Source of the DNA: Saprospiraceae bacterium
GTDB lineage: Bacteria; Bacteroidota; Bacteroidia; Flavobacteriales_C; GCA-002722245
Direction of reading: 5' to 3'
Assembly (NCBI GenBank): GCA_047631875.1
Contig: JBLIAZ010000003.1
Span: 1-32,564, forward strand
DNA: 32,564 nucleotides
Positions 1 to 6,536 of the stretch are shown one piece after another (the first letter of the stretch is position 1; each line of letters begins with the position of its first letter). Made by a program: the position numbers and the translations under genes. Under the pieces are notes generated by a model. The model was not told the origin of the DNA, searched no databases, and was given only the letters and a program-made list of their open reading frames with translations.

Positions 1-1
1 C

Positions 2-526
2 CTTACACTGTTGTCCTCGCATGACCGACAAAAAGGAATTCGTCATGATTTAAACAAAGCATTGACTTGGGATGATTTTAAAGGGAGGGTTGAGAGAGGA
101 AGCAAATATGCTGCGAATACCAGTTCAGGGTTTAATTACAATGCCTCCATGGTAGGAGATTCTATGAGAATAATACTTCCCACTATTTTTCATCCAAGGC
201 AATCGTGGGTTAAGAAAAAACAAAAATCAGCTTATTTATTAAAACATGAGCAGGTTCATTTTGACATTACTGAATTGTTTGTTCGGAAAATGAGAAAGGA
301 AATTTTATATCGGGCTTACAACTTGAAAAAATTCAATAAAAACGTGAGCAAAATTTTGAAAAAATACAGCCGAGAATCTAGTTCTTTTCAAAACCAGTAC
401 GACAAGGAAACAAAGCATAGTTTGAACAAAGAAGCGCAAGAGAAATGGAATCAAATTGTAGCCAAAAGTTTAAGCGAATTGGAAGCGTATAAAAATCCCA
501 TTTTAATGGTGGGAGTTCAAATTTAA
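2..526 (+). CDS. DUF922-like predicted secreted Zn-dependent protease (5'-partial)
   Basis: Has LTWDDFKG and an HExxH motif (LLKHEQVHFDITE), plus QNQYDKETKHS, as is typical of Bacteroidota DUF922 proteins. The frame is open to the window edge (LTLLSS...), so the TTG at 11 is probably not the true start. Confidence 0.75.
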   Translation, partial: LTLLSSHDRQKGIRHDLNKALTWDDFKGRVERGSKYAANTSSGFNYNASMVGDSMRIILPTIFHPRQSWVKKKQKSAYLLKHEQVHFDITELFVRKMRKEILYRAYNLKKFNKNVSKILKKYSRESSSFQNQYDKETKHSLNKEAQEKWNQIVAKSLSELEAYKNPILMVGVQI

Positions 527-575
527 TGTTGTTAAAACTGAACCAATTCTCGTCTTGAATTTATTTGTGGATTCA

Positions 576-657
576 TATTGTTTTTTCGCTTTTTTTTCAC
601 GTCCTGAACCTCTTGGGTTTATTGTTTTTTTTTTCGTGGTCTTATTGTTTTTTTTAG
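576..657. repeat. Three imperfect copies of TATTG-T(6-10)-(C/A)G
   Basis: Copies at 576-588 (T6), 620-636 (T10) and 643-657 (T8), read directly from the sequence. Confidence 0.6.
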
Positions 658-1024
658 TCGATTAAAATTTGTGAGGGACAAAAGTTATGACTAATTTATT
701 ACCGACTTAACGATAGGTTATTACCCATGTAATGAGTATGTTGAATAGCTTAAGGGGTGATATTATTTTGAATTTAGTTCGGTTGTGAAATCCTTATAAG
801 TATTAAGTTAAGTATAATCGAAAAACTTATTTGGGAGGTGCTATCGAACTCGAGTTATGGTATTTAAGTTGCTCGTGTGTTTGATTTTTAATACTACTTG
901 ACTTCCCTTCTTTTTTGTAGAAAATCTTAAAAGGCTTTGTGCACTGTTCGGTACATTGTCATTTAAATGACTTTATCTTAATTGGAATTTCTATACAAGC
1001 GTTTTATACTTATTATTGTATCAC

Positions 1025-1708
1025 ATGAGGTTTCACTTATTTATACTAGTAGGGTTAATTGTTATTTCATCTTGTATTAAAGATGATTTTGTAGACGATT
1101 TCGTGGAGCCTGAAATAAGGGTTACTCTTAAAGTTGGATGTTTAGCGATAGACTCTCTTTTTCAAGGAGTAGCATTGTATTTAAACAATGTAGGTGATAA
1201 AGAGGAAGTCAGTGTCGTTTGGAGTTCAAGTAATGTGGCAGTGGCGCTTGTCGGTGAAAGTACGGGGTTGATTAAAGGAGTTGGTATTGGGTCTTCAAGT
1301 ATTTATGCCAAGTACATTAATGATGGAATTGAAAAAATGGATTCTTTTTTGATTGATGTCAGTGCAACTGTAACAGGGTGTAATGTGGTAGGTGAAAAAT
1401 CAGGAACAGTTGCAACCACAAGTAGTTATCCATTGTCTGGTAGTTACACTTTAAAAACTCAAGGGAGTGATTTATTATTAACTCTTGGCACGGATTACAC
1501 AGCTGACAACTCCTTACCTGGATTATATATTTATTTATCGAACAACAACCAGTCAACTTCAGGTGGGTTAGAAATTGGACCTGTAACCGTATTTTCAGGA
1601 ATTCACTCCTATGTGATAGCAAATACTGGAATCAACGATTTTGCATACATCTTGTATTTTTGTAAGCCTTTTAATGTCAAAGTAGGGGATGGCGTAATAT
1701 CGAATTAA
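1025..1708 (+). CDS. Lipoprotein with an Ig-like (Big_2) domain and a C-terminal DM13 domain
   Basis: ATG at 1025 gives MRFHLFILVGLIVISS-C (lipobox), followed by IKDD. Big_2-type WSSSNVAVALV...GLIKGVGIGSSSIYA. DM13-type LPGLYIYLS and ILYFCKPFNVKVG. Confidence 0.8.
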   Translation: MRFHLFILVGLIVISSCIKDDFVDDFVEPEIRVTLKVGCLAIDSLFQGVALYLNNVGDKEEVSVVWSSSNVAVALVGESTGLIKGVGIGSSSIYAKYINDGIEKMDSFLIDVSATVTGCNVVGEKSGTVATTSSYPLSGSYTLKTQGSDLLLTLGTDYTADNSLPGLYIYLSNNNQSTSGGLEIGPVTVFSGIHSYVIANTGINDFAYILYFCKPFNVKVGDGVISN

Positions 1709-1713
1709 TAAGC

Positions 1714-2586
1714 ATGAAAAAAGCAGCCTTGTTTTCTTTGTTAATTGCAGTTTCAACTACCATGTTTGCTGGCGGGCCGTGGGTTCAAAAAAAGGGAAAC
1801 AGCTATTTCAAATTATCTGAATGGTGGTTGGTGTTTGATGAGCATTATACTAGTGCTGGATTGAAGGATCCTAATGTCACTACTGGAGTTTTTAACACGT
1901 TTTTGTACGGGGAGTACGGTATTACAGACAAGTTTACAGGGATAGTTAGTTCGGCTCTTTTCAGCAGGAATTACATGAATAATTTGGTGTCCGGCACAAC
2001 AGGTAAAACGATAGTGGCTGGAGAGGCCGTCAATTATCTTGGAGATACTGACCTAGGATTAAAGTATCAATTGTCAAAAAAAGATGCTAAAGTTCCGATG
2101 GCTTTGTCAGTAGTTTTTGGATTGCCACTTGGTAAAAGTGTTGCTGGCACAGGGATGAATTTGCAAACAGGGGATGGGGAGTTTAATCAAATTGTGCAAT
2201 TTGACATAGGGAAGGGATTCAGAGCTTTCAAAAGTAGGCAGGCGTACTATGCTTTATATGGAGGGTTTAACAACAGGTCAAAAGGATTTTCCGAAGAGAT
2301 TAGGTTTGGAGCTGAGTTTGGAATGGAGTTTTTTAATCAGAAACTGTGGGTGATTGCACGAGTAGGTGGTGTGGAATCTCTAAAAAATGGCGCCACTGCT
2401 GAAACAGTGACGAGTACAAGTATTTTTGCAAACAACAGTGAATACGTGAGCTATTCTGTTGAGCTGAATCAATATGTCACCAAAAAACTGGGGTTGTCAG
2501 TAGGGTACACCAGCGCTGTCAGAGGTGAGATTATTGCAGCAGCACCATCTTTTTCTGTTGGTGTATTCCTTGACTTATCAAAGTAG
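1714..2586 (+). CDS. Putative outer-membrane beta-barrel protein of unknown function
   Basis: Signal peptide, alternating hydrophobic beta-strand patterns (LYGEYGITDKF, GDTDLGLKYQL) and a C-terminal FSVGVFLDL strand. Starts 5 nt after the DM13 gene. Confidence 0.6.
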   Translation: MKKAALFSLLIAVSTTMFAGGPWVQKKGNSYFKLSEWWLVFDEHYTSAGLKDPNVTTGVFNTFLYGEYGITDKFTGIVSSALFSRNYMNNLVSGTTGKTIVAGEAVNYLGDTDLGLKYQLSKKDAKVPMALSVVFGLPLGKSVAGTGMNLQTGDGEFNQIVQFDIGKGFRAFKSRQAYYALYGGFNNRSKGFSEEIRFGAEFGMEFFNQKLWVIARVGGVESLKNGATAETVTSTSIFANNSEYVSYSVELNQYVTKKLGLSVGYTSAVRGEIIAAAPSFSVGVFLDLSK

Positions 2587-2608
2587 TCTATTCAAGACAG
2601 GATACTGG

Positions 2609-3154
2609 TTATGGTTTTTCAATGCTTAGATTACCATTGTCTAATCGGGAAATACTTTCGGCGCTGACCACGAATCCGTTTTTATCTACAAGTACTAAGC
2701 CTTTGCCAATGTTGTCCACAAAGAATCTGCTTAAATTAACTTTTGATTTTGGGGTGAGGTTTAATTCTAGTAAGTTATTGTTCGCGCTGTCTTTTGATTT
2801 GTCAATTGATTGAATAATTAATTGATGCTTTTTATTGTGATCAATCAAGTACAGTTTTTTTGATAAGTAAAGCGTATCCCACAAAAATTCAAAATCACTT
2901 GACAACAGTAATTCTTGGTTGTTGCTTTTTACATACGTTAATAGCTGAGGTAGGTCTTTGATTTCGAACATATTCCCTTTTGAATCGGCAAGGTTTTTAT
3001 AATCGACTGCATTGTCTGAGATTAAATCAAAAGATAATTGAATGTTTTCAACAGCAATAATTGCTAAAGAGCTTTTGTCCAAAGTGTTGTCCGAACAAGA
3101 GTATAATCCCAAAAGAAGCAGTAAGGCACCGCTTTTAAACAATACAGGCAGCAT
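2609..3154 (-). CDS. Lipoprotein with a SecDF P1-head-like C-terminal domain
   Basis: Lipobox LYS-C. The C-terminal NIGKGLVLVDKNGFVVSAESISRLDNGNLSI resembles the SecD motif NIGkxlAIvlDgxviSAPxIxsxIxxGxxxI. TAATG overlap with cbs at 3152-3156. Confidence 0.55.
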   Translation of the reverse strand: MLPVLFKSGALLLLLGLYSCSDNTLDKSSLAIIAVENIQLSFDLISDNAVDYKNLADSKGNMFEIKDLPQLLTYVKSNNQELLLSSDFEFLWDTLYLSKKLYLIDHNKKHQLIIQSIDKSKDSANNNLLELNLTPKSKVNLSRFFVDNIGKGLVLVDKNGFVVSAESISRLDNGNLSIEKP

Positions 3155-4512
3155 TATTTTGCTAAACTTTCAATGATGTCTTGACGGGTTATGATTCCAA
3201 ATCCTCCAGGAAGCTTAACTGTAATGGCAGAGTTTTCTTTGTCCATCAATTTTGATAACTCTTCTATTGTTGCATTCGCTTCTACTTCAGGAAACGCTGG
3301 TTTTAGTATGCTTTCAATAGATTTGTTTTTACTATCAGCGTTTTCTAACACCAATTTAAAAATATCCCTTTCGTAAATTGCTCCAATAATTTCATTTCCT
3401 TCCATGACTGGCAGTTGAGAAATGTTATGAGTAGTCAATTGGGAAATTACATCCGAAATTTTATCAGTTTTTGCCGCTGAAATGATGTGTTCGCTGCTTT
3501 TTGATTTTACGATATCTAAGGCTTTCTGGTCATTTCTATCTAAAAATCCTCTTTCTCTCATCCAGTCGTCGTTGAATATTTTTCCAATGTAACGGCTTCC
3601 GCTGTCATGGAAAATTACCACCACCACGTCGTCGTCTTTTAATTCGTCTTTCATTTGGATTAAGCCTTGAATGGCACATCCGCCAGAGTTACCTACAAAC
3701 ATACCTTCTTCTCGAGCTAGCCTTCGAGTCATTAGCATACCTTCTTTGTCGGTCACTTTTTCAAAGTGATCAATCAAATCGAATTGAACGTTTTTTGGTA
3801 GGATGTCCTCACCAATTCCTTCTGTCAAGTAGGAGTATATTTCTGATTCATCAAATTCACCGGTTTCGTGGAATTTTTTGAAAATAGAACCGTAGGTATC
3901 AATTCCCCAGATTTTAATGTTTGGGTTCTTTTCTTTTAGGTATTTGGCACATCCTGAAATTGTTCCTCCTGTTCCCACACCGACCACTAAGTGAGTAATT
4001 TTTCCCTCAGTTTGTTCCCAAATTTCAGGGGCCGTACTTTCGTAATGCGCTTTCCTATTAGAAAGATTGTCGTATTGGTTTGGATAATATGAATTTGGAA
4101 TGTCTCTATTTAGTTTTTTTGCTACCTCATAATATGAACGTGGATCGTCAGCCGCAACATTAGTTGGTGTTACTACTACTTCAGCTCCAACAGCCCTGAG
4201 GATATCCATTTTCTCCTTACTCTGCTTATCGGGCATAGTACAAATTAACTTGTAACCACGTGTTATTGCAACCAAAGCAAGCCCCATTCCTGTATTACCT
4301 GAAGTTCCCTCGATGATTGTTCCTCCGGGCTTAATTAATCCTGCCTCTTCAGCGTCATCAATCATTTTAACAGCCATCCTATCCTTAATGGAATTACCGG
4401 GGTTGAAGGTGTCCATTTTTGCTAAAATTAAACCAGGTATGTCCTTAGTGATTTTATTGATTTTTACTAAAGGCGTGTTGCCAATGGTTTCAAGGATGTT
4501 ATTGTGCCACAT
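3154..4512 (-). CDS. cbs: Cystathionine beta-synthase (PLP fold type II plus C-terminal CBS domains)
   Basis: IGNTPLV, NPGNSIKDR (PLP lysine), TSGNTG, NQYDN, GVGTGGT, EGIG and DSGSRY motifs, with a C-terminal CBS pair (ISQLPV, GIITRQD). Confidence 0.9.
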   Translation of the reverse strand: MWHNNILETIGNTPLVKINKITKDIPGLILAKMDTFNPGNSIKDRMAVKMIDDAEEAGLIKPGGTIIEGTSGNTGMGLALVAITRGYKLICTMPDKQSKEKMDILRAVGAEVVVTPTNVAADDPRSYYEVAKKLNRDIPNSYYPNQYDNLSNRKAHYESTAPEIWEQTEGKITHLVVGVGTGGTISGCAKYLKEKNPNIKIWGIDTYGSIFKKFHETGEFDESEIYSYLTEGIGEDILPKNVQFDLIDHFEKVTDKEGMLMTRRLAREEGMFVGNSGGCAIQGLIQMKDELKDDDVVVVIFHDSGSRYIGKIFNDDWMRERGFLDRNDQKALDIVKSKSSEHIISAAKTDKISDVISQLTTHNISQLPVMEGNEIIGAIYERDIFKLVLENADSKNKSIESILKPAFPEVEANATIEELSKLMDKENSAITVKLPGGFGIITRQDIIESLAK

Positions 4513-4592
4513 AAAACTTTGTTTTTTAACTCTGGTTATTGGTTTTAAAGGTAATAATTAGTCAATTACTAAAACGATTTTTTGACAGAAAA

Positions 4593-5615
4593 TTAAACTT
4601 TATATAGGCTATTAGCTGCCTCGCATAATTCTTTTACTTTTTCGCGAACCTCTTCTGGATGAAGCACTTCGACCCTTGCTCCGTAACTTAAAAGTTTTTC
4701 ATATAGTTCAAAAGAAGGGACTAATTGTAAGCTTAATTCAAAGTGATTTTTGAATAATGTAATGCTTTGAGAGTCGTGCAATGTTTTAGTTTGCATATAT
4801 CCCAGTTGGTTTAAGTCGAATTTCAAAATAATGTCACTTGGTTTTGTTTTGCTTTCTGTAATACCAAAAGAGTACTTAAAAAAGTCATCAGGACTAAAGC
4901 CCTCAATTACATCAAATGCTAGTTCGAGGACCGAAATACTTTTGATTCTATCCAATGCGTAGGTTATAATTTTATTTTTCTCTTTAGAATAGCCAATTAC
5001 GTACCATCTGTACTGATATTCTTTAAGTAAATAAGGGTCAAGTTGACGAACGGTTGGTTCGTTTGAATTAAATTTTTGATAGGTCAATTCAATGCTGAGA
5101 TTTTTGGTGATGGCATTGTAAATGTCAGCCAAGTACTCGTTGCCAGGATAGTCAGGATAGGAATCAAATTGCACCAGATTTTTCAAGCGATCATCTTGCA
5201 CTTCATCCGCAATGTTAAGCCGGTCAAATATTTTTTCGATAGCAAATTTGAATTGTGAAAACAAAGGTGATTCTCTGAAGTTAAACAAGGTGTTGGCTGC
5301 TAATTTAATAGCATCAACATCCTCATTGTTCAATGGTATATTTTGAATGGTGTATTCTGGATCAGTGTAATGATAGCCTTTGTGCACCCTGGAATATTTT
5401 ATTGGAGCTTCAAATCCTAAACTGACGTCCTCTCGCATGGCACGTAGGTCTTTTTCAATGGTACTCATGGATATATGTTGTCCACCTTCGGAACCAAACA
5501 AATCCTCTTCGCACTTGGCTCTTAGTTTTTCAATGTCAGGGTATGGCTTGTACTTGTTTTTCAACAAGCTGTCAATGATGCGGTACCTGATTAATGCATA
5601 TTTATGAAGAGACAT
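4593..5615 (-). CDS. WYL-domain helix-turn-helix transcriptional regulator
   Basis: N-terminal wHTH (RYRIIDSLL...STIEKDLRAMR...GYHY), WYL core (LDPYLLKEYQYRWYVIG...YALDRI) and WCX C-terminus (LLSYGARVEVLHPEEVRE). Confidence 0.92.
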   Translation of the reverse strand: MSLHKYALIRYRIIDSLLKNKYKPYPDIEKLRAKCEEDLFGSEGGQHISMSTIEKDLRAMREDVSLGFEAPIKYSRVHKGYHYTDPEYTIQNIPLNNEDVDAIKLAANTLFNFRESPLFSQFKFAIEKIFDRLNIADEVQDDRLKNLVQFDSYPDYPGNEYLADIYNAITKNLSIELTYQKFNSNEPTVRQLDPYLLKEYQYRWYVIGYSKEKNKIITYALDRIKSISVLELAFDVIEGFSPDDFFKYSFGITESKTKPSDIILKFDLNQLGYMQTKTLHDSQSITLFKNHFELSLQLVPSFELYEKLLSYGARVEVLHPEEVREKVKELCEAANSLYKV

Positions 5616-5632
5616 TTATTGCTTATTTGTGC

Positions 5633-5640
5633 CAAATTTA
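5633..5640 (-). promoter_or_regulatory. Bacteroidota sigma-A -7 element (TAAATTTG) for the WYL gene
   Basis: Exact TAnnTTTG match on the minus strand, 17 nt upstream of the ATG at 5615. Confidence 0.6.
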
Positions 5641-5644
5641 AAGC

Positions 5645-5682
5645 AAAAAAGGGAGTTCTATTTCAAATAGAACTCCCTTTTT
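5645..5682 (-). terminator. Rho-independent terminator of the ECF sigma gene (bidirectional type)
   Basis: AAAAAGGGAGTTCTATTT-C-AAATAGAACTCCCTTTTT perfect inverted repeat, with a U-tract on both strands. Confidence 0.85.
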
Positions 5683-5710
5683 GTAAACAAGTAAAATGTT
5701 TATTGCTCCC

Positions 5711-6292
5711 TTAAGCTGGAGACAAATGTTTTTCGTCAGCAAATTTTCGCAAGTTTATTAAGGCGTACCTCATTCGTCCTAAAGCAGTGTTGATGCTCAC
5801 ATTGGAGTATATCCCAATTTCTTTGAAACTCATGTCGTAATACATCCTTAATTGGATGACTTCTTTTTGCTCATCCGGTAACAAACTTATAAGCTCTTTG
5901 ATTTCTTTTTTACGTTGAGACCTTTCCATGAGTTCGTCACTGTTTAATTCATCACCACTTAAAGTGTCAAGTATATTGAATTCAGGTGTGCTTTTAACCA
6001 TTTGCATTTTTTTCGATTTCCTGAAATGGTCAATCATTAAATTATGAGCGATTCGCATTACCCATGGTAAAAACTTACCTTCTTCGTTGTATTTTCCTGC
6101 TTTTAAGGTTTTAATGACTTTGACAAATGTGTCCTGAAAAAAGTCTTCAGCTAATTGCTTGTTTTTGATTGTGACCATGATGTAGGAGAATATCCTTGCT
6201 TTATGTCGTGTTAGTAAAACACCTAAAGCTTCTTCTTGACCCTCAATGTAAGCGGTAATTAATTGCCTGTCTTCGATTTTGGATTGTACCAT
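5711..6292 (-). CDS. ECF-family RNA polymerase sigma-70 factor
   Basis: Region 2 (AEDFFQDTFVKV, WVMRIAHNLMIDHFRK) and region 4 (LPDEQKEV...SFKEI...SINTALGRMRYAL). Confidence 0.93.
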   Translation of the reverse strand: MVQSKIEDRQLITAYIEGQEEALGVLLTRHKARIFSYIMVTIKNKQLAEDFFQDTFVKVIKTLKAGKYNEEGKFLPWVMRIAHNLMIDHFRKSKKMQMVKSTPEFNILDTLSGDELNSDELMERSQRKKEIKELISLLPDEQKEVIQLRMYYDMSFKEIGIYSNVSINTALGRMRYALINLRKFADEKHLSPA

Positions 6293-6536
6293 AATTGCTC
6301 GTTTAAGTTAAAAGATTGCATCATGCATTAATCAACAACCTAAGTTTATAAAAGTTTAAAGAGTAATTATGTTTCCTATAGGCAATTAATTATTTTGAAG
6401 TTTGTGTCATTTGTTAAGTATTGCTACTTAACTTTACTTGTGTAACTAAACTACTAGTTATTGTATAGATAAAACAATTAAAGCTTAAAATAGTTACATT
6501 TTTAGAATTTTTAAGACTCTGCACCTGCCAAACATC

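Noticed and set aside
3154-4512. Cysteate synthase for sulfonolipid (capnine) synthesis
   Set aside because: The motifs and C-terminal CBS domains fit cystathionine beta-synthase, and no capnine synthase genes are adjacent.
6397-6407. GAAGTTTGTGT, shared with 20517-20527 (minus strand) upstream of the kinase gene
   Set aside because: Only two 11-mers, overlapping the common TTTG promoter core. It cannot be distinguished from chance.
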